A stretch of 64,000 bases of DNA from Leucoraja erinacea (lineage: Eukaryota). Made by a program: the position numbers and the translations under genes. Position 1 is the first letter of the stretch. Every line of letters begins with the position of its first letter. Below the pieces are notes generated by a model. That model had not been told where the DNA came from and searched no databases. It saw only the letters and a list, made by a program, of their open reading frames with translations. The stretch is from contig NC_073382.1 of assembly GCF_028641065.1 (NCBI RefSeq), positions 7,316,001-7,380,000 on the forward strand. Reading direction: 5' to 3'. Of the stretch, positions 38,319 through 50,479 are shown one piece after another.

Positions 38319-40393
38319 TAGTCCATCCCTGGAAATGCTCAGCATGTCAGGCTGTATCTGAGGTAGCAGTTCTGATGAAACGTTATTAGTTGCCACAGAT
38401 CTGTGTAACCTGCTGAACATTTCTAGCATTTCTCGGGTTCAAATTTTGGTTAAATATTGGTTAAATTCTTCCAGCTTCCTGGCCAATTTTTATTTTTATC
38501 GTTTAAATAAATGATTTGATCATTAGTGTGCGTCTATTTGTGTATCCTTGCTGTTTGCAGGATAGGTGGTTAAAGGGGAATGAATTTTATACAGCATGGC
38601 CTACGTTTTAATGCCACTCACATTTTCAATCTTTCCATTGCCAGTGTATCTGTACACTGTGGATGGCTCGATTGTAATCACGTATTGTCCTTCCGCTGGA
38701 TGGATAGCATGCAACAAAAGCTTTTCACTGAACCTCGGAGTGAACTAAACTCAAACTCATTTTGGAGGGCTTCAGTAAAATATGGAGAGCGGGATTAAAG
38801 ATAATGGAATTATCCACATGTGAAGTGAAATGATTTGATGGAATAAATCATTATAAATTTAACATGGGACAACAGAAGGTTAAATAGAGCTTTGCAGATT
38901 AATTTAACATTTTGTGTTGCTTTGTCCCTATAACAATACTTGATCATGATGCAATAAAAGGTCGGCACTACTTTGTTTAAGAATTTTGAATAAACATTAG
39001 AAGAGGCAAATCATCATGGATACGATGCCATTCTGCCATGACCTAACTTGCATCACAACATCTCTATGCCTGCTGGACTACATTTTTTCTTGGTTAAATC
39101 ACCTTTAACTAAAACATTTGCATTGTATGGAGATCCCTCCTTGGCCTCCCTCAACCCCACCCACCCAACCCCATCCCTACACCCTTCAGTGATGTGTTCT
39201 CTAATTCTGGCCTGTAAAGATGTTTGAATATAATCATTTCATTTACAACCATACTTTTAGATTGGAATTCCCTCAATAAAACATCAACATTTCTCCTTAA
39301 ATCCTAACCAAGACCACGATTTTGGACATCTACCCTAATATCACCTTGTGTGTCAACTTTAGTTAACTATTATCCTGGGAATCTTTACACTGCAAAGTGG
39401 TTGTGATGAGTTTTGTGCACATCCAGTGAAGATCATGCATGGTAGAATTACCATTTCTGTGCTGTAATCCATTAAGGCATAATACTTTGAAATTTATAAA
39501 AAAGATTGTTCTGCTTTGAACATTGAGGCAAATGTTTTGGGGCAAATGGGGGAGGAGGGTGTGAGATGGTCTGGTAAATCACATTTTAGATAATATTTTG
39601 CATTAGTGAAGTGTTTGACACTGGCACAAATATTAAATCAATTTTATTTAGAAAGTTATTTCTAAATATATGCAAATTTTTTGAGACTATCAACATTTAC
39701 AGCATTTAATGTTGTTGCACTAGCCTTCAGAATTATGATTTTAAACGTAATGGGCATTTGGAAGTTTTCATGGTACCTCGATTGCCTATAATGTTAAGAT
39801 GACAATATTAATAGGTCAATTGTGAAATTAATTGCTTCCAGTGCAGTTAACACACCATAGAGGTTCTTCAGAATGCATTTAAAATTGGGAGGGGGAGGGA
39901 GGGGGGTGAATTAAATTTCCATAACTTACAGAAACTGCTTGATTTTCATGTTTCATCAGTTTATAATTGCAGACACTTCTCGTGTGTTTCTTGCCAGATC
40001 ATTTTATTCCTCCACCTCCTGACATGATAAGTATTTGTACTTGAAGTTTAGGAATATTACAACAATATTATGCATTCTTGGCTGTTAAGGTTGATATGGC
40101 ATTGTTCTGTATGTGTGTGTGTATGTTGCCATTGCTGATATATTTGAAATAACGAGGGTGCAAAATTGCATTATTTTCAAACTTCCTGCCAGTCATAAAC
40201 TCTTCTCTGCATTGATACTTTCTTTGAAACATAATGCCGAGAGGCCAGACAAAATGGCAAATTCTAATTATAGCTGGATTTGGCCACCACAGGCTTGCCT
40301 GATGCCAAACTGATTATTTGTCCAATCAACTATACCTGCTATTGCTACACAAGATGTAAACTAATTAACATTTTGCTTTTCTTTGCTGCCCAG

Positions 40394-40510
40394 ATAATCC
40401 CACCAGGAGGAAACACATCTTTTGATGTAGTGTTTCTTGCAAGAGTAGTGGGAAACGTAGAAAATACTTTATTTATTAATACATCTCTTCATGGGGTATT
40501 TACGTACCAG
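40394..40510 (+). CDS. TMEM131: TMEM131 coding exon (117 nt), IIPPGGNTSFDVVFLARVVGNVENTLFINTSLHGVFTYQ
   Basis: gcccag / gtaaga; in frame with neighbours. Confidence 0.97.
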
Positions 40511-41110
40511 GTAAGAAAACCCAAAATTCTATTCAATGACCAAAAATATATTGCGAACGAAAATGAGTCTTAACGAAAATACCTTTTTTTACGAATGCTT
40601 AAGGTTGAGAAACCTGTCTCCATGAATTTCTCTTTTTAGGGCAGATTAATCTACATTGCAACTATTATTTGCTGATGCAGGCTATGGATCTCAGTGGTTC
40701 ATGTTTAATTTTCATGGTTCCCTCCAATGTCCCATAGCTCCTTACAAACCCATCAACCCCCATCCACAGACTTCAGAACTCATAACCTGTTCAAATCCCA
40801 CTTGCGCTTTTCTATTCAAACTTGTTGAGTGTCAGCTAGGCACAGCAAAAATAGTTTGACCTTTAGGCAAATTCAGTCATTAACTTCTGGCAGCGCTTGT
40901 AAAGGTTTTATCTTCCCTTGGTGTGCTCTTCAGTGAGTTGAAAGAGGAGGCAGATTTTATTTACCTATCTTCAGAAGTGACAATGTTATTTGTATTAAAA
41001 CTATAGTGTGGTTGAGGTATTTTGTCTAAAGTTAGCACATCTTTATTGACTGTTAAATTTATTGATCTTTGCCATTTTTATGAACTGCATCCTTGTAATT
41101 TCTATTACAG

Positions 41111-41233
41111 GTGTTTGGGGTTGGAATACCTAATCCTTACCGTTTGCGCCCATTTATAGGGGCAAGAGTTCCTGTAAATAGCAGTTTTTCACCTTTAATA
41201 AATATACACAACCCTCACAGTGAACCTTTACAG
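41111..41233 (+). CDS. TMEM131: TMEM131 coding exon (123 nt), VFGVGIPNPYRLRPFIGARVPVNSSFSPLINIHNPHSEPLQ
   Basis: ttacag / gtaagt; translated by hand (not in ORF track). Confidence 0.97.
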
Positions 41234-41782
41234 GTAAGTTACTTTTTAAACTGAAAACCATGTACTAGTACTATTATCCAAATCTGAAGTAACCACTCTG
41301 GAAGACCAGATATTATCAGATTCTCAAGGGGGAAAAAACAATATGGACTGAACTCTCTCTCTCTGCAGCATGAGTGACACCTTCTTAATTAAAAAAGAAA
41401 AGAAAAACAATTAATCTTATCAAAAACTTTCACACAAACTTACGAATTTTATTGTAGTGACTTTATAGGAGAATGATCCAGAAAGGATCTAATTTTAATG
41501 TTGAATTAAAACGGTCACTCTTGTAACCTAAAACAATCCTTTATTTCATTTCATTTTTTAATCCATAAAAATCTAAGCCAAAAATGTATACAATTCAAAG
41601 GTGGCATTTGTTCAGTAATTGAAAGAAGTGTCTTGGTATTTAATAAATCTTGCTATTTGAAGTTGTAAATAGTTGAATTTGCAGTAGTGTAAAATTGCAA
41701 ATATAAACTTTGTAGTTAAAACAAAAAAAAGTAATTTAATTGCAATGATTAGCTAAATGATCCCACTGAACAGCAATACGAG

Positions 41783-42068
41783 GGGTGCAGTCATGCAGCT
41801 AGTAAAGGTGCTCCATCAAAGCTCCAATGATCCAGGTTTAATCCTGAACTCCAGTGCAGAAATTGCACATTCTCCCTGTAACTGTTAGTTAAGTTTCTTT
41901 TGGGTGCTTTGTGTTTTGCCCAAATTCTAAAGACTTGGTTTGGTAAGTTAATTGATCATTGATAGCTGTCCTTAATATATGAGCAATTGTTAGAATCTGG
42001 CAGGAGCTGGAACTAACAAGGGATTAGTATAACTGGGTGCTTCCTGGTTAGTGCAGACCTGGTGGGCA
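41783..42068 (+). mobile_element. Old tRNA-derived SINE
   Basis: Diverged head (ccaggtttaatcctga) and core (ttgcacattctccctgta). Confidence 0.7.
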
Positions 42069-43012
42069 TTGATTAAAGATGTGGATGACTTTGAGCAGTT
42101 GTAATGCATCAACATTTTACATGCCAAAAGTTTGCTATGGCTTTGATTATTTCTAACCTAAGCTAATGAATGCAGAATGATTTTCAGACATATAAAATGC
42201 AGCGAGAGCCTCAAAGAAAATAAGTTTTATGTACTAGAGAAAACAACTTATAAAACAAGGAAGTTTCATTAGTTGTTCACTAAAATATAGAAAACCAAGT
42301 AGTAAATATTATTCAAGAGAAAGGTTGGGAATATTGAGAGATTGCTATGTTTAGAATGAATTATACGCCATTCTTTGTAGAATTGTGCAAATGTAATTCT
42401 GACTGAGGTGGCTTTACCTTGGCAGAATCCTATCAATGAGTTATCTCAAATATTTGGAGCATTTTCATAGAAGCTTTTGAATGTTTATTTCATCTTTGGT
42501 TGTTAAGATGTGTTGAATGTGATTTTATTTCTCACTGGAAATTGTTGACATTTTGATTTTGTAAGCACGATACTTCCTTTATACTCTCCAATATTGCATC
42601 TGACCTTTGATGGGTAAAGGCAACGTTCTAGCTGCACAGTTTTTGAGCAATTGATAGGGTCAGGTCCACTTCTTGATTTCTTTTGCTCGGACTCTCAATG
42701 TTAGTAGCTGAGATAATGCAAGTGTTGGAAACAAAATGCGGTAAATATGCAGGCAGCAACACATCAAGAAAAACCGTTGATGTCTATGCATCAACTGTAC
42801 GCCCACGCACTCTCAGCAGACCTGCTCTTACCATTTCTGTTTTTTACAATAGATGGATTTTGAGTTGGTAGAAACTAATTTTAATAACTCAAACATTTCG
42901 AACTCATTGGTTTTCCTGGAATCTTCCATCATATATTAATATATATTTATTTCAAAATTCATAAGTTGTAGGTCTTGAATTAAAGTTAAAAGAAATTTCT
43001 CTGGGAAGACAT

Positions 43013-43320
43013 GGGCGGCATGGTGGCACAGTGGTAGTGTTGCTGCCTTCTAGCGCCGGAGACCCGGGTTCAATCCCGACTATGGGTGGTGTCTGTATGG
43101 AGCTTGTGCGTTCACCCCATGACCATGGGGATTTTCTCTGTGATTTTCGCTTTCCTCCCACACTCAAGTCGTACAGCATTGAAGGTTAATTGACTTGGTA
43201 TGAATGTAAATTGTCCCTACTGTGTGTAGGATAATGTTAATTTGCGGGGATCATGGGACGATGCAGACTCGGTGGGTCGAAGAACCTGCTTCGGCGCTGT
43301 ATCTTTAAACAAAAGTAAAC
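43013..43320 (+). mobile_element. tRNA-derived SINE (V-SINE/HE1-like)
   Basis: A-box ggtggcacagtggta, B-box ccgggttcaatccc, full body and tail. Confidence 0.92.
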
Positions 43321-44727
43321 ATTTAAGTTGGTTATTTAATGTTTGAGTGTTAAAGTCGGGTTAATTCATTGATATTGGTTGAATTCTTTTATACATAAAA
43401 AAAAAAATTATTTGATAAAGGCTGAGATCAACACTACTTCTGAAGTTGCCCTTTAACTTGACCGCCCACACAAAATAACATAATTTCCCCCAAAACAACC
43501 ACAGATGGTTGTCGGCAGGAGTTTGTTACGACTTATGTAACACTTGCAACTCTGTTATTGCTGAGTTCTACTTACAAAAATTATCAATGTGAATGAATCG
43601 AAGTTCACAAAATGATTAGACAGGGTCTGTTGAGTAAATTAGGGCAATTGTACTTCAATATTTTTGGACGGCATTTAGTATTTTGGGAAAGTGTTGTTTT
43701 CCATTGGATAAATAGTGTGTCGGCATGGTGCAGCTTTGACAAATGAAATCCTGCGCAAAAGTTTTTTTTTAAAAGGCGACGTATCGATTTTCTATCAGTA
43801 TAATTCACTTAAGGAAGTGGAAAGCTGGTCCAAATGAATACATACAACTCCATCAACCTGTGCTAGGAAAATCCTGATGGAGAAGAGAATATAAAAATGG
43901 ATTAGCCTCTTGTATCTCCGCTTGTTGAGTAGTCAGCTTATTATCCATATTCATCTGGAAAGTAGAAGAGACACAGGAGGGCTGCTACTCCCTGTGAAAA
44001 CGTTTCAGCACTGGTTGCCACCTTCAGGAGTGGAGGCACAAAAATGCAAGTACTAAAATGGAAACAGCATGATATGCCTACTATTTGGTTTTGAGTCTGC
44101 CAATGCATTTATCCATTGGTTAACTGTTGATCAACAGCTAATCAATGCACTATTGACATTGTTGGCACCTGTGGATCAAATGCCATTTCTTCTGCCAAGT
44201 AGGGAGATCCCAGTGTATGTGCGGTCTATTCCTAGCAATTTTAATTTAAATACCGAGCAAAAAAACTGCTGCAGGAAAATGGTCGGCCAGGCAGCATCTG
44301 TGGAGGGAAATTACAGCCGATGTTTTTGGTTGGGACATTCCAGAAGAAGGATCAGGACCTAGAAGGATCTGTTTTCCATCACAGATGCTGCCTAACTCAC
44401 TGAGTTCCTCCAGCCTTTAGTTTTTTTACTCAAGGTTTCAGCATCTGCTACTATTTATGCCTCTAAATTTAAATGCTAGTGCCTGTATTATAAAATACTG
44501 AGGTTAATGATGGGTACATTTAATGTATTGAGCCCCCTGAGCAATTTTGAAATCTGATTGAAACCAGTCGTTGCATTCCAAGACTAAAATGGTGTAAGAA
44601 GTTCTGTTTTGGTTTGGGTCCAGCCCAGATTTCCATTACATCATCAGTAATGAAATGGAAACAATCTAAACAAACGTTTGGCAAAGTTTTATTCTTGGGA
44701 GTTAAGAGTTGACTCTTATTTTACCAG

Positions 44728-44808
44728 GTAGTTGAAATGTATTCAAGTGGAGGAGATCTGCATTTAGAACTTCCAACCGGTCAACCAGAAGGTCCTCGAA
44801 AATTATGG
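44728..44808 (+). CDS. TMEM131: TMEM131 coding exon (81 nt), VVEMYSSGGDLHLELPTGQPEGPRKLW
   Basis: ttttaccag / gtgagt; phase 0-0. Confidence 0.96.
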
Positions 44809-45189
44809 GTGAGTTTAATATGTTCAACAAAGACTGGTGAATGTCAAAGAAATGCCATTTCTCTTTCATCACAACAAAGCCATATTGTTTAATTGGCCCA
44901 GACTACTGTGATTGTTTATATAAAATCTGGCATAGGATCTTGCAAGCTGTTAACTTTTTACAGTCAATTTTCTGTGCAAGTTCCAATTTACAACTTTAAT
45001 TTTTATTAAGGCTGGAATATCTGCTGAACAGGATTTATCTGGAGAGTGATTTGTAAATATGAATCGAAGATCACTCATTATGCTCAAGAAAGCAGAATAC
45101 AGCCTGGTCTGTGGAGGGACACCAAATCTTTAGCGGCCATTTGGAGTTTCTGTTTATACCTGAAATTGGTATCTGTTTTATGATGTACC

Positions 45190-45415
45190 ATGTGTAGGAA
45201 GGAACTGCAGATGCTCGTTTAAACTGAAGATGGATAAAAATTCTGGAGGAACTTAGCAGGACAGGTAGCATCTCTAGAGAGAAGGAATGGGTGACATTTT
45301 GGTCGAGACCCATAGACATTCTGAAGAAGGGTCTCGACCCGAAACATCACCCATTCCTTCTCTCTAGAGGTGCTGCCTGTCCTGCTGAGTTACTCCAGCA
45401 TTTTATGTCTATCTC
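45190..45415. mobile_element. Palindromic (inverted dimer) Penelope-related short element
   Basis: Two inverted copies of the ctgaagaagggtctcgacccgaaac..gctgagttactccagca unit; perfect 10-bp TSD ATGATGTACC (45180-45189 / 45416-45425). Confidence 0.85.
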
Positions 45416-46786
45416 ATGATGTACCTCACTGTTTTTCCAGCACTACATCTGCATTCTACTACTGGACTAAATAAATCTGATCTAAATAAACTGTACTGAT
45501 CCAAATAAATGAGTGGGTAGAGGCATGGACGTCTCAGGATCTGCTTCCAGGCAATTTGAAATATTAATCATAAATGAGTGCAATATTAATCATAAATGAG
45601 AGAAACTTTTTGGCAGTTTATTTTTAAAGTTTTACCGGAATCCAGGCAGCCACAGAGCAGAGCCTCTGTTAATGAATTTTCCTCATTATATCATTTTGTC
45701 ATCCATATCTGGGTGATTGAACTTTCTATAATAATTTTAGCAGGTAGAGAAAATGGGAGGAGCTCTTGGATAACCAATGGTGTGATTGTGCAGTCTAATT
45801 TGTTCATTTGTTGAGTTTATTTGGGTTGTATTACATAGAGGGCTAGTGTTTTTCCAACCACAGTGGTGTCTTCAAACGCATACCACAACAGAACATTGAT
45901 ATTTGAATGCCATGGTGGAAATGTCCAAGATTATACCAGCAAAAAATGATCACGAGGTCTTCAGAGTGCTCAGGCACTTTTCACAAGTCAGCTGCTGAAC
46001 TTGACAAATCTAAAATGAGTCTCTAGTTTAGTGTTAGGATTATGTCAATGTGTTTGCATATTGATACATTACAAAACATAAAACATTGAATTTGAATCTC
46101 ATTTTAAAGACTGTCTAAATCTGGTATTTGGTTATCCTATGTATATTTTAAATAGCCCAAAATTGAAAGTCATTTATATGTCAGGAGGAATTGATAGCTG
46201 GAACTTTCCAAGGGATTTTTGCTGATCTTGCTCTGTTCCTGGTTGCTAGATTAAGTAGGCATTTTGAATTGGATTTTGAGTGGAGTAAGGAATGTATTGT
46301 TAACTTGGGCCAGATAGTTAATACTGAATTACATAATTCAAATTATGTTAGCCTGCATGTGTTTAACCACAGTCACTTGGGACATCTGAGAGTAAAAAAC
46401 GGTTCAACAACTCTTTCTCTAGCTAAAACTTAATCAAATTGAATTGAAATTGTTTGTTTAAAATGAATGAAATTACCTTTCCAAAAAACCATTAAAAAAG
46501 CCTGTGTTGTATTTTTGTCTTCAGAAATTATTCGCTTAACTTACAATGACCTTTCATAGTTTTTTCCATTACTACTGTAAAATATTTCACTCCAACTTCT
46601 ATCATTTCAATATTCCAAATAAACATGTGTTGAGGTCCTGAGCATGTAGTTGCTATGAATGCAGGGAGAGTGGGGTGGGGGGGGGGGGGGGGGGGGGGTC
46701 ATCTTCATGAAATATGATTTTAAATTTCTACCTCTTTCTTTGTATATAATTTATTAACCATTTATTATTATTTTTCTTTTTAATAG

Positions 46787-46937
46787 GAGATTCCACCTTA
46801 TGAAACAAAAGCTGTGATGCGAGCCAGTTTTTCTTCAAGAGAAGCAGATAATCACACGGCTTTTATCAGAATAAAAACAAATGCATCAGACAATACAGAG
46901 TTTCTTATTTTACCTGTGGAGGTGGAAGTTACAACAG
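46787..46937 (+). CDS. TMEM131: TMEM131 coding exon (151 nt), EIPPYETKAVMRASFSSREADNHTAFIRIKTNASDNTEFLILPVEVEVTT
   Basis: ttttaatag / gtgaat. Confidence 0.96.
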
Positions 46938-47024
46938 GTGAATCAAATAGATATTTCCTCCCATATTCTTTCAATTTCTAATGTTGAATCTTTTGGATTG
47001 AAATACAATTTATTCTCATTACAG

Positions 47025-47081
47025 CACCTGGAATTTACTCCTCAACAGAAATGTTAGATTTTGGTACATTACGATCACAAG
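47025..47081 (+). CDS. TMEM131: TMEM131 coding exon (57 nt), APGIYSSTEMLDFGTLRSQ
   Basis: ttacag / gtgagc; follows an 87-nt intron. Confidence 0.96.
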
Positions 47082-47584
47082 GTGAGCTTCTACAAGTTTA
47101 TAACATAAATTTATTAACTACTTCAACATTAAATATTGATGATCTGCTCTGTATCCCTGCCACTAACCACATGCTGGACCATATGTCCATGTCCTCACTG
47201 TAAATTTTCAGTGCTTTATCTTTTTAATCTGTAATTTCAATTATTTTACACTTGTGAAGGAAACATTTCTCAAGACCTGTAAACCAACTATGTTGGACTC
47301 CATCAACGTAGCTTTATAAGGGGCATAAAAACTGCACTTGGACAGGCCAGTTTACAACCAGAATATCTCTGGTTGTGTAGTTTGCATTCTTCCAACATTA
47401 TTGTCAGTCTTTTTCTAGTTTGAAGTATGGTTTTTCACTCTTTATGTACTGTTTCTGTAGAGCTGCTCTGTTAAAGTAAAATTGAAATCACAGTATATTC
47501 AGCAAAGTTCTGCCTCTCAATGGATAATGCTGGGTGTTGGGAGGGAATTTCAGTGTCCGCCATACTAATTTTATTGTTTGAGCA

Positions 47585-47980
47585 GTACAAGGGAAATAGT
47601 CGTACAACATGGAAGCAGTCCCTTTGGCCCAATTTGCCCATGCTAACCAACATACCCCATCTACACATCCCACCAGCCTGCCATTGGCCCATATCCTTTT
47701 AAACATTTCCTATCCATGTACCTGTCCAAATGTCTTTTAAAAGTTGTGATAATACCTGCCTCAACTACCTCTGGCAGTTTGTTCCATATACCCACCACCC
47801 TATGTGGAAAAGTAGCCCATCAGGTTCCTTTTAAATCTTTCCCCTCTCACCTTAACCTATGTCACCTGGTTCTTTATTCCCTTGCCCTTGGGGAAAAGCC
47901 TCTGTGCATTTACCCTATCTATTCCTTTATTATTTTGTTTTGTCAGGTGTATAAGATCATCAGGGGAATAGATAATGCTC
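47585..47980 (-). mobile_element. CR1 LINE 3' fragment
   Basis: Reverse complement of CR1 ORF2 end plus UTR. Confidence 0.82.
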
Positions 47981-48134
47981 GCAGATTGTTTTGTCTTCTG
48001 GTGAGCATTGGATGCAGCATGCTCTCCATTTGGATTGGGGAAGAGAAATATTGCTTTATTTGTTCATTTTTTAATTAGCGTTCCGCTAGTATGTGTGGAG
48101 CAGCAAAATATCTAATTATGTTGTTTCTCCGCAG

Positions 48135-48196
48135 ATCTTCCAAAAGTTTTAAACCTTCATTTATTAAATTCAGGAGCAAAAGATGTACCAATAACA
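48135..48196 (+). CDS. TMEM131: TMEM131 coding exon (62 nt), DLPKVLNLHLLNSGAKDVPIT
   Basis: ttctccgcag / gtaagc. Confidence 0.96.
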
Positions 48197-48290
48197 GTAA
48201 GCTCTTATTTTGCCATGACTTCAGACTCAAATTATGCATTCATTTGTATATTTTTGCTTTGTGACTAATGTATATTGGTTTGGTTTTTAG

Positions 48291-48399
48291 AGTATTAAAC
48301 CATCTTCACCAAATGAAGCTGTTACGGTAGACTTTAAACCAATTACACTGAAGGCATCAGAAACAAAATATACCAAAGTCGCAAGTATTATATTTGATG
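48291..48399 (+). CDS. TMEM131: TMEM131 coding exon (109 nt), SIKPSSPNEAVTVDFKPITLKASETKYTKVASIIFD
   Basis: ggtttttag / gtaagt; follows a 94-nt intron. Confidence 0.95.
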
Positions 48400-48507
48400 G
48401 TAAGTAAATTCAGTAATATTTTAACCAAACCTGTTCAAGTGTTGAACGTGCATATTGCCACGCAGGATCATCTGAACTGTGTAATAATCTATATAACATT
48501 TTATATG

Positions 48508-48939
48508 ACAATGAAGATGTGGATCACAGAAATGACCAGGACACTACATCTAGAAAAAATAAGGCTTGTCTTGACTGACAAACCAGATCAATTTTCCAAA
48601 ATATGGTCTCCTTTTATTGAATTTCTTCAACAACATAATGGTTGAACACAAACTCAAAACTGACCCTAGGGTCGGGTGAGCGGGCGTATGGAAGGGCAGT
48701 GGGATATATCTCCGCGTCTTTCACATCTTTGTTAGGTTTTTTTTTTCATGTCTTTCTCGAATTTCTTTCTTTTTTTTTCTTTTCTTCTCTTTCCCTTTTT
48801 TCCTTTTTCTTTTTTTCCGATTTAGTTATTAGTTTCTAAAATGTTAAATCTGAAGCAGTATGAAAATTGTATAATTGTTATGTCGATTATTTTCTCTTTG
48901 TACAATTGCTTCTAATAAAAATAAAATTAGAAAAAAAAA
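48508..48939 (+). mobile_element. 5'-truncated L1 (LINE-1) 3' end with poly(A) tail
   Basis: ORF2 C-terminal-like peptide MWITEMTRTLHLEKIRLVLTDKPDQFSKIWSPFIEFL; T-rich UTR; AATAAA at 48914-48919; A-tail; 13-bp TSD AACATTTTATATG (48495-48507 / 48940-48952). Confidence 0.88.
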
Positions 48940-48966
48940 AACATTTTATATGTACAGATGAAGGCT

Positions 48967-49440
48967 TAGAGTCATTGAGTGATGCAGTGTGGAAACAGGC
49001 CCTTTGGCCCAACTCGCCCACACCGGCCAGCAATGTCCCAGCTACCCTAGTCCTACCTGTCTGTGCTTGGTCCATAACCGTCCAAACCTGTACTATCCAT
49101 GTACCTGTCCGACTGTTTCTTAAACGATGGGATAGTCCCAGCCTCAACTACCTCCTCTGGCAGCTTGTTCCATGCACCCATCACCCTCTGTGTGAAAAAG
49201 TTACCCCTCGGATTCCTATTAAATATTTTCCCCTTCACCTTGAACCTATGTCCACTGGTCTTCGATTCCTCTACTCTGGGTAAAAGGCTCTGTGCACCTA
49301 CCCGATCTATTCCTCTCATGATTTTATATACCTCTATATAAGATCTCCCCTCATCCTCCTACGTTCCAGAGAATAGAGACCCAGCTTACTTAACCTCTCC
49401 CGATAGCTCACACCTTCTAGTCCTGGCAACATCCTTGTAA
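48967..49440 (-). mobile_element. CR1 LINE 3' fragment
   Basis: MRGIDRVGAQSLLPRVEESKTSGHRFKVKGKIFNRNPRGNFFTQRVMGAWNKLPEEVVEAG. Confidence 0.92.
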
Positions 49441-50262
49441 AATATCATCAGAGTCAAGAATGCGAGCAAGAGTAACTCAATAGTAACTCAGCAGGTCAGA
49501 CAGCATCACTGGAGGCTACCAATCAGTTTGAAGAAGGGTCCAAACTCTAAACGTCACCTGTTCATATCTTCAAGAGATGCTGTCTGATGCTCTGAGTTAC
49601 TCCACAACTTTTCCCTTTTATTGTAAACCAGTATCTGCAGTTTCTTGTCTACTGAATTACACAGCATGGAAATTGACTATTTGGAAAATTGTGTTTAGAG
49701 TTGGCACTTTTAAAGGAAATGACTTCCTTGCCCAATCCCCCCAAATGCTTTTCCATGTATGTGTATAGTTCCTCTTTGAAAACCCCCTTTCATTCTGCTT
49801 GTATTTTTTTCATGAAGTATATACCTAAATATCATGTTATGCTCAAAATCTATCTTTGCTGTACACAAAACTATGGTTTAAACATAACACCAGTAGGAAT
49901 TGTTCTCCCACTCATCTTTCACACTTGACGTGTTTTAGAACTCTACTAAATATCTAATCCATCCCCTTTCTGTTTTTCCTTCTCTGCTTGGAGAGAAATT
50001 TCAGGCACATACATTTTTGAAAACGGTAATTAAATTGGAGGTTGAAGGTTTTGATCATTAAACCGAGTCACATTTAGAATTTGAAGAATTTTATGAAGGT
50101 AGTGTGGTTGATTTGTGTCAAATGTGTCAGGTTTTCGAAATGAACAAATCAAATTCACAAATTGAATTAAGTGGTTTATATCCTGCAAACTAAGGGATAC
50201 GGGAAATGTGCTAACAAAAAGTCTGATTATAATTTAAAAAGTTGCTTTGTATTTAATTTCAG

Positions 50263-50371
50263 CTTCAAAAGCAAAAAGAACATTGCAATTTTCTGGGAAA
50301 ATAACTGTGAAAGCGAAAGAGAAAACTTATTCAAAACTTGAAATTCCATATCAGGCTGAGGTGTTAGAAGG
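50263..50371 (+). CDS. TMEM131: TMEM131 coding exon (109 nt), ASKAKRTLQFSGKITVKAKEKTYSKLEIPYQAEVLEG
   Basis: atttcag / gtaagt. Confidence 0.96.
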
Positions 50372-50479
50372 GTAAGTCTGAATCTTTCAGACTTGTTAGT
50401 GATTGATGTTGTTCAAAAGAGCAGTAAAAATTGATTTTTTTCCCCCACTTCAAACAGAAATCACCAATAATTGGAGCAA

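Noticed and set aside
43013-43085. tRNA gene
   Set aside because: A/B boxes are the head of a SINE; no full cloverleaf, and the SINE body follows.
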